Positions 1 through 12,279 of a DNA stretch of 64,000 nt are shown piece after piece. The position numbers and the translations under genes were made by a program. Each line of letters starts with the position of its first letter. The first letter of the stretch is position 1. Under the pieces are notes generated by a model. The model was not told the origin of the DNA. It ran no database searches and worked only from the letters and a program-made list of their open reading frames with translations. The stretch lies in contig NC_043007.1 in assembly GCF_006345805.1 (NCBI RefSeq), positions 29,450,001-29,514,000 of the forward strand, written 5' to 3'. This DNA is from Octopus sinensis (Eukaryota).

Positions 1-325
1 TATCAGCCGAATGTTTTGAATAGGTTTCTTTAATAATGTCTTTTGAATGGGTTCAGTTAAGGGTGCGTTTCTAATGAATGTTGTATCTGCTGTTCATTTT
101 GAGGAGGTGGGGTTGTTTATGTGAACAACATCGGTGCTTTTCTAGTTGAACAGATGACTATTTATTTGTGTGTGTGTGTGTGTGTTGTGTGTGTGTGTGT
201 GTGTGCTGCCCGTGGTCAGTTCTTGTGATATTGTTTAAATTTTGGTACTGGTCACTAGTTAAGAGACAAAGTAAAGGGCTTGTGTTTTAGTGGTGGCCCT
301 TAGAAAGCCTCTGCTGCTAGAATCC

Positions 326-820
326 CTAAACTTCGCCAAAAGATTCGCTGAAATTTGCGATCAAAATATAGACATCATCATTCACACAAATCACTTTGAT
401 GTCACTATCGGGTCCAAAGATGGAGCTGAAACATGTGGAGTTGTAGGACTTCACATGTAGGACTTCACATCGTAGTCCACATAAGCAAAATATCTTCCAA
501 GACCGGCATGTCCCAAAATAGACGCTTAGGAGATGGATAAATTTAAAGATTACCTAATTGAATTATTTAAGGAACTAGACCTGGAAATAATGGAGGAGAC
601 AAACATATCGAGAGTAAACTAATTGCAACGTTGATGCTGAGAGTGAAAAAGAGAACTCTTACGGAAATCCCAATGAGAAACCTTCATAGATAAATATAAA
701 TTCTAACCATCCACCATCCGAAATAATAAAAAAAATCTTCGTTATCAAGGATTTCGACTGTTTCATCTGATAAAGATATTTTTGATAAAATAGCATCGTT
801 TTATAATGAAGCACTAAAAT
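326..820 (+). mobile_element. Penelope-like element (probably Naiad-type) reverse transcriptase remnant, degenerate
   Basis: 326-460 reads LNFAKRFAEICDQNIDIIIHTNHFDVTIGSKDGAETCGVVGLH, matching the PLE FDVTMGSxDGAExCExVG motif. 690-820 gives INSNHPPS..IKKI and SSDKDIFDKIASFYNEALK (PLE thumb). Stops, deletions and a small tandem duplication are present. Confidence 0.75.
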
Positions 821-876
821 CAATGGTGTGCAACAGGCAGAAACATATATATTATGTATGTAATATATATTATATA

Positions 877-947
<71 letters not shown>

Positions 948-1001
948 ATTGTTGAATTGAAGAAATGGAGCTGACACGCAGATTGAACAGAAATCGTTTT
1001 A

Positions 1002-1090
1002 TTTCATTCTACACGTGTTTCGAAAGGCACAATTACCAAATACGATTTGAATAATGGACCATATGTGTTTCTTTCTCTTCAGGAAGACAA
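1002..1090 (-). ncRNA. Type I hammerhead ribozyme motif, mirror copy in the left arm of the inverted repeat
   Basis: Reverse complement reads tcttc-CTGAAGA-gaaag...ctttc-GAAAC-acgt-GTA-gaatgaaa. Confidence 0.72.
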
Positions 1091-1233
1091 AAGAAATCCG
1101 TTAGAGAAACAAAAACAGAACATAGGCGGAGCAAAACCCAATCGAACTATGCTCGATTGGGCTTTAGGAGCATAGTTCGATTTGGTTTTTGCTCCGCCTC
1201 TGTTCTGTTTTTGTTTCTCTAACGGATTTCCTT

Positions 1234-1324
1234 TTTTCTTCCTGAAGAGAAAGACACAATATGGTCCCCATTTTCAATCGGATTTGGTAATTTGGTGGCC
1301 TTTCGAAACACGTGTAGAATGAAA
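1234..1324 (+). ncRNA. Type I hammerhead ribozyme motif (PLE-associated), long helix II
   Basis: tttcttc-CTGAAGA-gaaag[~45 nt]ctttc-GAAAC-acgt-GTA-gaatgaaa: intact core, palindromic helix III (ACACGTGT), GUA cleavage triplet at 1314-1316, helix I pairing. Confidence 0.75.
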
Positions 1325-1553
1325 TAAAACGATTTCTGTTCAATCTGCGTTCAGCTCCATTTCTTCAATTCACCAATAAGTTTTAATTTCAATTATCCGC
1401 AACCAACGCACGGTTGCAACGCCAGATGGTGGTACCTCCAACCGTGCTGTTTACTGCTGTGATTTTTGCTACTAAGGTATCGGTTAACTTTTGATTAATC
1501 TACAACAAGATTATTCATCTTTCTATTTCACATTATATATATATATATGTATT

Positions 1554-1591
<38 letters not shown>

Positions 1592-2280
1592 GCACATATA
1601 TATATCTATGTATATACATATGTTAGTTTGTGTGTGTGTGTGCGCGTATGTTATTTTGTTTCTGTGTAGTTTTATCTATATAGATGTATCTTTCCTCTTA
1701 CCTCTTCTTCTATGTATGTCTATGTATATAACACAAACCTGTATATAGGCGTTCTTCCAGCTTACAACACCAATTCAGTTTTTAGGGCTGAATGTTTTTT
1801 TCCTTTTGGCCGGGGTCCCACGTGTAGGTGGCGCTCTGTTTGCTTTCGCTTTCATTGATGTTACGAGACGCCATTAACAAGTGAAATGAAACAGTTTTGA
1901 AGAAGTCCAAAACTTGTGTTTTGTTTGTAATTGTTTATCTAATTTATTTATTCTTATTAAAAAATTGAAACTACTTTTATCTTAATTGCATGAGAACAAC
2001 AACAACAACAGCAGCAGCAGCAGAAGAAGCAACAACAAAAACAACAATAATACGCATCTTAATTACTGATACATGAAAAAACATGTTGAATTTTATGTGA
2101 GAAAAGTAAACAAGCCGTTGGATGAAAGGGGAAAAAACCTACGGCCTCGAGGGAAACGTTGAAGTTGATATATTGTTAATTTCACGAATTTGAAAGTGAT
2201 TGTGGCGTACACAAATATTGTTGTGCCTACATGCATGCATGCACACATGTATGCATGCATGTATGTTTGTATGTATGTAT

Positions 2281-2757
2281 GTCATTATTCAATTTATTTC
2301 AAGATTTCTTGGCAATAGAGAAAGAACCGATATCTAAGTTAGATCCAAGGCTCCGTCATAGGAATTTGTTTGTATGTATGTATGTATGTATGTATGTATG
2401 TATGTATGTATGTATGTATGTCTGTATGTATGTGCAGATTTGTATGTTTTATGTATTCTCATGCATATAGTTACATATCTAGACATGCTCATATATATTT
2501 AAATGATAAACTTCTAGAAAGTTTTACAGATTTTTACAGTTCCACTGATGGATTGGATCTGTAGTCTTCGAATTAGCTTTCTCCTTTCTGGTTTTGAAAA
2601 GCCTAATTTCCCAAGATTGGTATTTAGGCATTGTGTTACATATCCCAGGGCCCCAATAATTTGTAATCTGGATAGAATGACTAGATCTCTCAATAGTAAC
2701 TGTAGATTTCTCAAAATTTCAGCATAGGTGTTCTCTTTTTCGCTGATCTTTAGCTGA
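2281..2757 (-). mobile_element. 5'-truncated RLE-type (R2/R4 superfamily) non-LTR retrotransposon embedded in (CATA)n
   Basis: Minus-strand translation IQLKISEKENTYAEILRNLQLL...IIGALGYVTQCLNTNLGKLGFSKPERRKLIRRLQIQSISGTVKICKTF is an RLE C-terminus. (TATG)n is present at both junctions and inside the 3'UTR. Confidence 0.8.
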
Positions 2758-3594
2758 ATGTATGTATGTATGTATGTATGTATGTATGATGTATGTATGT
2801 ATGTATGTATGTATATATGTATGTATGCATTATGAAAAAGCATCTTTGCGCATGTGTGTGATTTTGTTATGACTTGTACTTATGTTCTAGTGTTGTTTGT
2901 AAATATGTGTCTGTGCGGGGGGGGGGGTGTTCTCAACGCGTTCTTTTCGTTTTCTTCTCGTTCATAGTTAGCAACAATTTCTTTTAAAGTTGTCATAATA
3001 ACCAACAAAATTCCTCTGCTTTGAACTTTCTAGGGACCAGATTCCCTTGAAATTATTTCAAGTATAAGTGCTTATACTTGAGAGTTTAAGGCCAAAATAT
3101 TTTATCCCGACAGTGAACAGTTTAATTTAAAAGCAAGGGACACACATCCAGTCACAATGGCTGTCCATTTTCATTTGAGCATGGATTATCAGACATTCTG
3201 ATGATTCTGTAATGAGATAAAGTCGGTTAATCTCTGCGAGGAATTGTGTCTTTCACCAAGAAAAGTATATAATGATGACACTACATCAACGATATGCGTA
3301 ATTCACACAATATGTAAGAGGACAGACTTCGTACTTCATGGACAGCGACCAAACTCTGAGTAGCAGCATCTACACTGAAGAGGAAGTTATATTACATATG
3401 CGGGGATGGAAGGGGCTGAGTTGGCTTGTTTATGTTTGAATATCTATGTCTAGATTTCAGGTTTCGACCAGAACTATATCAACGACAGTAACAACAACAA
3501 CAGCATCAACGCAATACAACAGCCAACAACAACAACAGCAACAACAACAACCACAAGGTCTTCAAGACGAGGTCTAGGTTAGTGAATTACTTAC

Positions 3595-3747
3595 CGTGAA
3601 TTTTTCTGATGAGTTTTTTAATGTTGTTATCCCAAAAGCCTCTTGTCCGACAGTAGGAACATTTCCAGCAGACAAAGGCCATTGCTACAATACTACACAG
3701 TAGCAGGAAGGTGCCAACAACAATGCCGGCAACCGTAGGCATGCTCA
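3595..3747 (-). CDS. Internal coding exon (phase 1-1, 153 nt) encoding a single transmembrane helix plus Cys-rich/basic juxtamembrane segment
   Basis: Acceptor ttttgtattctgtttgtattttccAG, donor G|GTAAGT. Open frame xSMPTVAGIVVGTFLLLCSIVAMAFVCWKCSYCRTRGFWDNNIKKLIRKIH; non-repetitive sequence amid repeats. Confidence 0.78.
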
Positions 3748-3814
3748 CTGGAAAATACAAACAGAATACAAAATAATAATAATAATGATAATAATAATAA
3801 TAATAATAATAATA

Positions 3815-3854
<40 letters not shown>

Positions 3855-3909
3855 CATCATCATCATCATCCTCGCCCTCATCGTCGTTGTCGTTGCCATA
3901 AACATCTTA

Positions 3910-4390
3910 ATAAAAGTTCCAAGGATCGAGGTGTAGGAAGAAAGTTAGCTTCAAGCAATCCGTAGTAAATATTTAAAAAAACAGCTTTCAGAGGACAATA
4001 TTAATTTATTGAGTCGGAAGGGTGTGGATATTTTCTTATCAATTTACGATAAGTTTTATATTCCATGGTAGGCGACCAGGGTTGTCGGGTGTGCGAATAA
4101 GAATAAAGGAGTTAAGGAATGGAGTGGATAAGATCCGGGCTACATATGTTCCATAGCGAGCGGAACCACGGAAGTGGTAAACATCCAAGCCAGGTGTGTA
4201 CCGCTGGTTACTCTTCAGGTAAAGGATATCTTGATTAGATTAACGGTTACATTGTCGCCAGGAGGTACACGTTTCCACATGGAAGATTCGATCAAAATGT
4301 ACCCCCTTTCATTTAATCAAGATATCCTTTACCTGAAGATTAACCTGCGGTATACACCTGGCTACTGTGAGTGTAAGAGTGTAAGAGCGA
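3910..4390 (-). mobile_element. Penelope-type pLTR-like repeat with hammerhead motif (copy 1; homolog at 5820-6350)
   Basis: Diverged homology to 5820-6350. Minus strand 4133-4226 reads CTGAAGA-gtaaccagcgg...ccgctcgctat-GGAA-catatg-TA-gcccgg (one core mismatch). Confidence 0.55.
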
Positions 4391-5409
4391 GAAAGTGTGT
4401 GTATTTATAATACAACATTCAAAGACACAACACCCTGCCCGCTCTGGGAATTGAACTCGCAATCTAATGATAATGAACCTAATATCCTATCCTCTAAGTC
4501 ACCAAAGTGAGAAACAAGAAAGCGAATGATGTTCTAGAACCTTCCCAGAGTTCATTATTTCCTTCGCTATTTTATTCATTCCATTCTTTTATTTCTCTCG
4601 TTTCGTTAGTCCTTCATCGCCGCCATATTGCTTAACTTCCGTATATTTTCTATTTATGTTGATCGATTTTTTTACCTCCATTGTTTTCTTTGATAGATTA
4701 TTTAATACTTGTGCATTCAGTTACCGACAGAGCTGTGGATTAATATATTCTGTGCAATAGAATTCTGGAGATGCTGGGGACCTCCATTCATTATCAATTC
4801 TTCTTTCTTACAAACAATCTAATGTCTCTTTTCATCACCGCACATCTTCGTCTATCAGTTTCGCTCCTTACCAGAAGCTTTCATTAATTCAGTGTTTTTA
4901 TTTCAACTCGTCTCTGTCATCTTTTTTTTACATATTGATAAACTCTGGCTAATTTTATTGGTATAATAAACATTTGTGTTATGTTTTAGCTAAAATCTGA
5001 AATCCACAGAAACTGGCAAATTTCTGTGTCGGTAGCTATGGTAATGAAGGTTAAAGTGAGTTTCATTGTGTCAGGAGGTCGGCTGCTATGAAATGAAGGA
5101 AGAATATAACTACACCAATATGTTACATTTTTCTCACTCAAACTAACCAAACTTACGGATTTCAATAAACTCTCTTTAGAGTTCATATTCTTCGAATTAG
5201 CCATCGTCTTCGCTCACAATTTCTTTACATTTTTAATAATTTCTCGGATGGTTTCGATCTTTTCATTCAAAGTTCAAACTTTACCAAGTTTAACTTTACC
5301 TTTCATCATTTCGGAATCGGAAAATGAAGTACCAGTCATTTAGTGGGGGTTAATCAATCGCTATCTCTCATTCTCTCTTGCTCTGTCTCTGAGCATACCC
5401 ATTAATATA

Positions 5410-5610
5410 CCTTTTCTTTTATCTTTTACTTGTTTCAGTCATTAGACAGCGGCCATGCTGGAGCACCGCTCTGAAGAGTTTTTAGTCGAATGATACGACC
5501 TCGGTACTTAATTTTCTGCCTTCGCATTTTTGCCAAACCGCTAAGCTATGAGGACGTAAACACACCAACACCGGCTGTAAAGCGGTGGTTGGAGACAAAC
5601 ACACACACAC
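5410..5610 (-). mobile_element. SINE family 2, 3' part
   Basis: ttttacttgtttcagtcattagac.gcggccatgctgg...ccgctaag...gtaaacacacc; shared with 8075-8455 and 27405-27845. Confidence 0.75.
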
Positions 5611-5657
5611 ATCCACACATAATACACCCACACACTCACACAGACAGACAGACACAC

Positions 5658-5689
<32 letters not shown>

Positions 5690-5819
5690 ACACACACACC
5701 AATGGTTCACTAGACTAATCAAGAAATAAGAACTCAACACATTTTAGTTTGGAGAGTAGAAAAATGTTCCACGAGTTTCGAATCGCGCAACACGGACGCA
5801 TGTTTATATAATATGTAAC

Positions 5820-6350
5820 GTTAAGATCCAAGGATCCAAGTGTAGGAAGTTCGTAAGCTTTGAGCAGTCCGTGGTAAGTATCAAAAACAACTTTCAGGAA
5901 CAATAATAGTTTATTGGCGTCTGAAGGTTGTAAGTGTTTTTCCATATCGAAGTTCGATATTCCTCGGTTAACAACGAGGTTTGCTATGAATGCGAAGAGA
6001 AATCCAAAATGAGGGAATGGAGCAGCAGGTAAAATCCAGGCTACATGTCTTTCGTAGCAGAACTTCGGAAATGATAATTACTCAACGAGGGGTACTCTAC
6101 TAGCTGCTCATCAGGCTGAATATACCTTAGTTAAATGAAGGTTACATTGTCGTCACGGAATCCAGTGTTAACTCGCAGGAGATGACTTAAAAGGTGCGGT
6201 GAAGCCGGATAAACGGAGTGAAAAAAACCAAAATAGAAAAACATATGTATGAAAAAATAAAATATGGGAGAAGGCAACTGTCTAAAGTTGTTAAGAATAA
6301 AGAAAAGGAGAGGGGGAGTTTTGGTTAGATTGAAGCTGATCAAGGGGAAG
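5820..6350 (-). mobile_element. Penelope-type pLTR-like repeat with hammerhead motif (copy 2)
   Basis: Minus strand 6035-6120 reads ttcagc-CTGATGA-gcagc...ctgctac-GAAA-gacatg-TA-gcctgga. Confidence 0.55.
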
Positions 6351-6627
6351 GTCGTTGTGGATGTAAGTTGGGGTAATTTACAATGTCAACGCTAAATAAG
6401 TAACTATACTGCCGTACCCAAGTATATACAGTTAAACAGGATCAAGGTATTTATATATATGATGCATGAATGTATACATATATATATATGAAGACATACA
6501 GTTACATACAAACATACATATACATAATTTCCTTTCTACCGGTCAAATCAACACGTGCAACCGTTAGTTTAGAGACGATTTTTCTCTCGCAAATTTTGTC
6601 TCTCTCCATCTTTTTTTCTCTTCTGAT

Positions 6628-6666
6628 TCCTTTCTGAAGAAGAGCGTAGACTCGAAATGTCAAAGT
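6628..6666 (+). ncRNA. Minimal hammerhead ribozyme motif in a PLE-derived repeat
   Basis: cttt-CTGAAGA-a-gag cgtaga ctc-GAAA-tg-TC-aaag; helix I cttt/aaag. Confidence 0.55.
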
Positions 6667-6729
6667 CTTCTTCCATTTTTCCTGAGCGTCAAACTAATAA
6701 TAATAAAAATAATTTGTGAATTCTCCTTA

Positions 6730-6825
<96 letters not shown>

Positions 6826-8074
6826 ATACACAACCATATAGATGCCCGATATATAACAATATGGTGAGCCACAGGTACAACAATATTGTTAAACCTGTCA
6901 TAGAAAACTCAAGCTCACCCTGTCCAGGAATTGAACTGAGAACGTAAAGAGACGAAAGTCGATGGTGTCAGACACTCCGCCTGACCCACCACAGCCTCGT
7001 TGCTGCCATCGCAATAATTTTCACACGGCGTCCATTGCTATATTTGTGACTTTTATTATTGTTGTTGTTGTTGTTACTGTTGGAGTTTTTGCGGTAATTA
7101 CCGTTGTTTTGATGTTGTTGTTTGTGTTGTGGCCGTGGTCAGGTGCAGTAATTATATCTTTAGTGAATTTCTATTAATGAGATCATCAAAATTACATTTC
7201 TAATTAAAACATTACGGGGTTTGGTCATCGTTATTTTAATTACCGCCGATGATGGTGAGAGATGGAGAGAAGGAGGATGGAGAGGAAGGAAAATGGAGAG
7301 GAAGGAAAATGGAGGGGAAGGAAAATGGAGAGGAAGGAGAATGGAGAGGAAGGAAAATGGAGAGGAAGGAAAATGGAGAGGAAAAATGTAAGAAAGATGG
7401 AGGAGGGAAGGACGGAAGGAAGGATGGAGGGAAGGACTAATTGGTGTAGTGCAAAGGAAGATGAGGAGACAGGAGAGAGAGAGAGAGAGAGGAAGAGAAA
7501 GAGAAAGGAGGAGGAGGAGGGAGATAAAAGGAAGGTGAGAGAGAGAGAGGAAGGGAGGAGAAAGATGGAAGTAAACATAAAATGAAAGGACATTTTGAAA
7601 TATCTGGGTCTACTAGAAATAGCAGCCAAATGTTCTTCAAATCACTCCTTATTGTCTTTAAAAACTGGAGACATTAACTAATATAGTAGAGACACAGTAT
7701 ATCTGAATATCAGGTGGGATGGTCATGGTTAAAACGCTTTTAATCTTATGCCACCTGGATCATATCACATTTGGAGCTAAACAACAACAACAACAACATT
7801 TTTGATTTATTTCTCAATTCCATCACTGGACATCTTTTTTTTCTAGATTCCGAGTCTTTTGATAAATGTCCGGTTGGTTCTATTTTCATACTTGTTATTG
7901 GTGGAATATTTAACCAATATTGACCTGTCTTGCCTTCCATAGATTTACGTAGGCCGATTCTATGGAAACATCTACAAGAACGGTGGATATTCTAAAACTT
8001 TTCAATCAATTTAATCTGATTTTGTTGGCAAATATCTATAAAATGGTTTTTATCAGACATCTTTATAAAAATCT

Positions 8075-8252
8075 TTTATCTTTTACTTGTTTCAGCCGTT
8101 AGACTGCGGCCATGCTGGGGCACTGCTTTGAAGAACTGTACTTGAATGAATCGAACTCTAGAACTTTTATTTTCTAAACCTGGCACCATCGGTTTCTTTT
8201 GCTAAACCGCTAAGTCACTGTGGCGTAAACACATCAGTTATCAAGCGGTGGT

Positions 8253-8296
<44 letters not shown>

Positions 8297-8455
8297 CAGG
8301 TTTCTTTCAGTCGACCAAATCCATAAATCCATTCACAAGACTTTACTCGGCCTGTGGTTATAGTAGAAGACACTTGCCCAAGCTGACACGCAGTGGGACT
8401 GAACCCTGAACCATGTGATTGAAAAGCAGACTGCTTACCACACAGTCACTTCCGT
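8075..8455 (-). mobile_element. tRNA-derived SINE family 2, near full length
   Basis: Reverse strand begins ...agtgactgtgtggtaag...atggttcagggttcagtccc (A/B-box-like), with an internal (CA)n; homologous copies elsewhere in the window. Confidence 0.8.
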
Positions 8456-9564
8456 AATTGTTTTGGTTTTACACGTTCAATGACAACATCCCACCATGGG
8501 ACCAATTAAAACATCTTAACGCCATATTGGATTTGACCAAATCAGACACATCGCAGTAAAAATGTTTATCTTTTTTAATAAGGAAGAAAGGAAGGGCTTG
8601 CGACCCTTTCCATAGCCTCCTAGACAAGAGCGTGGTGGGGAGTTAGGAGCAAAAGATATCCTTAAATCGGACCCCTCCCACCAAGGTTGGGCTGTTAAAC
8701 TGAGCGACCGATCAACTCTAGCAGTAAAGTAGGACATGCTGAGATTTGATCTTTGAATGCAATGGATCGGAATAAATAGCGCAAGGCATCTGGTCAGACG
8801 GTTTTCAATTCTGTCACTCCACCGCCTCGGATTGCCATTTTTGGTTTTTCAAAGGATGAAAAGCAAAGTTTACCTGGGTGAGGTTTTGAACTCAGAACTC
8901 AGAGAATCGCTCGGTATAAATACCACGAGTTATTCTGTCTGATCCCTCTAACCATTCTGTCACTTCACTTCCCATATAACGAATATGTAACGTTCTAATT
9001 GTTTATTGTTTTTGCTATGGTGGAACAGTCCAAAACCACGATTCCTCTCTCGGTCTTTGATTTTTCTTGTAGTTTCCAAAATTTCAGAAGAAACGTAAAA
9101 GACAACATTTAATATATTTAATAACGAAACTGTTTGTAATTTCCCTGATTACTCCTGGGTAGGACGCTAATCTACAGTAGGTAACTCTCTCAACACCCTG
9201 TTATTATACCACAATGATTGGCGATCAAAAGTGCGTAGAATGAAAGAGAATTACTCAGTTGGTCTGAGTTCTAGTTGCAACCGGATCCACTTAAAACATG
9301 AACTAAAGCCGAATGAAGTACGGAAATATATAAGAGTTGGTCCCAGTATTTCGTTGGTACCCTATTCCATCGACTTTTGAAGGCTGAACGGCAAAGTCAG
9401 TCTGGGTGGGATTTGAACTCACAATGTAAGCAGCAAAGAAAATCTAAAAAAGGAAAAACAACGAAAAAAAAAAGCAAAAAGTTATCCAATGATCTAACGA
9501 TTCTACCACCCAACTAACCTACCGACCAGTTTATCACCTTAATTAATAAATTTATATTTCAATG

Positions 9565-9664
<100 letters not shown>

Positions 9665-10135
9665 TATTTTTAACGTTGTTTTAATTAACATAATGACATA
9701 ATGATAATTAAGATTTCGAAGTTTCAGCTGAGAACAATGGAGTGTGACAGGTGAGTAATAAGGAGCGGCTCTCGAGGCGACATCTTCTCCTTGAAAGACT
9801 CTCACCGGTCGCTGCTGCTGCTGCTGCGGGACTCGTTAACGTCCGTCCTCTCGCTTCTCAAAGTGAGGACAGCTTCCAGCAGCTTTACACAAGTGTTTCG
9901 GTTACAATGACATTACGGGTGGCCGGCTGAGTAAAAGAGGAAGAAGCTCGTTTCCTAGCCACGTGGTTACGTGTTCAATCTCACAGTATGGCAGTTTAGA
10001 CGAGGGCTCTTTCACTGTAATCTTTGACTGGCCAATTCTCTGTCAGGGGAAATTGGTGAAAGGAGATGGTTTGGAATGGTAGGCACAATTCGTTTGTCTG
10101 TGTATGTGCGTGTGTGTGTGTGAGTGTGTGTGTGT

Positions 10136-10196
<61 letters not shown>

Positions 10197-10342
10197 CAAT
10201 AGACATTTCCTTTACTTACCACAGGGGCATCTAATGCGGGGAAAATTACAAATTGAGTGTTTACATAAAAGTAGCGCGGGAAAAACGGAGGTAGATGGAG
10301 AGAAATGAGATTCTGTGTGTGTGTGTACGCACACCTACACCT

Positions 10343-10375
<33 letters not shown>

Positions 10376-10844
10376 CACACACTCACACATATTATGTATA
10401 ATGTCTAATATACATGGATACATGGATGATGCAGTCCTCCTGATAGAGGAGAGCCTCCAATTAGAGCCAATCAAGGAACTCCACACATCCAGGATCAGCC
10501 TGTTACCAAGAGCATGACTCCTCCATCCTTCTGTTGCTCTCCAATTTACAGACACATGCCTAGAGTAGCTCCATTTATTCCTAACTATTTTTTCCACAGT
10601 CACCCACCTTTTCCCAAATCAAGTGGAGGAGAGCACTTCCATCTCCATCCTCACTCTCCTTTCCAAATGCAGCTTAGAGTCAATGAGGGCTTGACTAGAA
10701 GGAAAGGTGTTTGACATCAATATTTTCAGTCTCACCCATCTCACAACCTTTTCCACTATAGTTATCAGATAGAAGAACACTGCCTTCTCAAAGGAGGTCG
10801 GTGGGGCGATCTTCAAGATGGACCCGACCGATTCTAATCCGTTC

Positions 10845-11045
10845 TATTGCAGACACGAGGTCAGCAGTTTTGCGAGACGGGGGTAAGTCGATTACATCGA
10901 CCCCTACTACCAACTAGTACTTATTGATCCAGGAAAAATGAAAGGCAAAATCGACTCCGGCGGATTTTGATGTCAGAAAGTAAAGACGAACGATGAACCA
11001 CTAAGCGTTTTGTCCGGCGCGCTAACGGTTCTTCCATCTCGCCAA
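10845..11045 (-). mobile_element. tRNA-derived SINE family 1
   Basis: Same family as 22639-22845 and 55118-55298 (gtcgattacatcgaccc...aaaggcaaa.tcgac). Degenerate copies at ~8845-8970, 9330-9520, 47715-47830 and 49360-49460. Confidence 0.75.
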
Positions 11046-11154
11046 TTTACTTTAAAACACAATAAATACGCCGAACTGTTGATCCAACAGCTAGACTACT
11101 CATCGTTGAAACCGATGGAGGATTCATTTCCTTTGTGTGTGTGTGTGTGTGTGT

Positions 11155-11199
<45 letters not shown>

Positions 11200-11473
11200 A
11201 AATGGAGAAATGTAGAAGGTGCAGCAGAAAAAAAAAACCCCCACCTTCCCTGTTTTTCTGTGTGAAAGCGCTGCTAAGAAAGCGAATCCGTTGATTGACA
11301 GGAAGGTCAAATAGCCAATGCTTCACCGTTTGCTTTTCATTTGTCCTCATAGATTCAACTGATGCACAACAAGTGTGTTTCTTTAGAAATGTTTATCAAG
11401 ATTAATGAATCTGAGCCGGTTTTTCTTTCACCGCACCCTCTATGTATACTCGCGGAGGAGTGTGCGTGTGCGG

Positions 11474-11523
<50 letters not shown>

Positions 11524-12257
11524 CTGTGGATTTTATGGGAGATAGTGTATTTACACGTGTTAGTATGTGTATGTGTATATGTGCGTGCGTGTGTGTGAGG
11601 GCATATCAAATGTCATTACTGCGCATGTCTAAACATGTATTAACACACGCACGTGTGTCTGCATGTCACGCTGTGTGCCTGTATAGCCATATGCATGCAT
11701 AATGATGTAGATGTGTACACGCCTGCATGCGCTATTCTATGCAGGTGCGCATAGATGCATGCACGATTCAATACACGTATGGCTCTGTGACCAGGTAGAC
11801 ATCGGTAGACACACGGACGAGCAGCAATTCATACGCGTATGGCTGTACGTGCAGACTTACATCAGTGTCGCTGTGTGTTTCGCACTATGTGTGCACATAA
11901 ACACATCAATGTGCGTACGTATGCATGCACGTGCACATATATATAAATGCATATATATACACATTATATATATATATATTTCGTTTTTGGAAATAAGGCA
12001 CAAAAAGAAAATGACTCTCCCCAGACACAACAGTATATATATATATATATATATATACATACACACACATTATATATATATATTTGTATATATGCACACA
12101 TATATTATGTGTGTGTGTGTATGCGTACGAGTAAATGTATCTATGTGCGTGTGTGTGTGTGTGTGTGTTTGTGTGTAATTATGCGCGTGCGTGTATTTCA
12201 GTTTTGTCTTTTTTTCACTTGTAAAACAGTTTAAAGCAACAAGTTGTATTGGATGAG

Positions 12258-12279
12258 CCAATGAGAAGACGCCACGTCA
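12258..12279 (+). promoter_or_regulatory. ERSE consensus (CCAAT-N9-CCACG) overlapping a UPRE (TGACGTGG on minus strand)
   Basis: CCAAT gagaagacg CCACG TCA, with extra ATTGG boxes at 12248 and ~12309 in a unique-sequence island. Function is not shown. Confidence 0.4.

Larger units (their letters stand above)
946..1379. repeat. Long inverted repeat (~210-bp arms 946-1154 / 1168-1379, 13-nt spacer) of a Penelope-type pseudo-LTR
   Basis: Arms are direct reverse complements (ttattgttgaattgaagaaatggagctg... / ...cagctccatttcttcaattcaccaataa) with scattered mismatches. Each arm carries a hammerhead core. Confidence 0.9.

Noticed and set aside
3130-3215. Candidate next exon on the minus strand (cattacAG-ESSECLIIH...)
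   Set aside because: Ends in a stop after ~26 codons with no donor or recognisable domain; cannot be distinguished from chance.
4700-5330. Possible very old L2/CR1 RT remnant
   Set aside because: Only faint motif echoes; not alignable by eye.
8400-8455. tRNA-like A/B boxes here and in other SINE heads
   Set aside because: They are SINE heads continuing into SINE bodies, without a full cloverleaf; no true tRNA or rRNA gene was seen.
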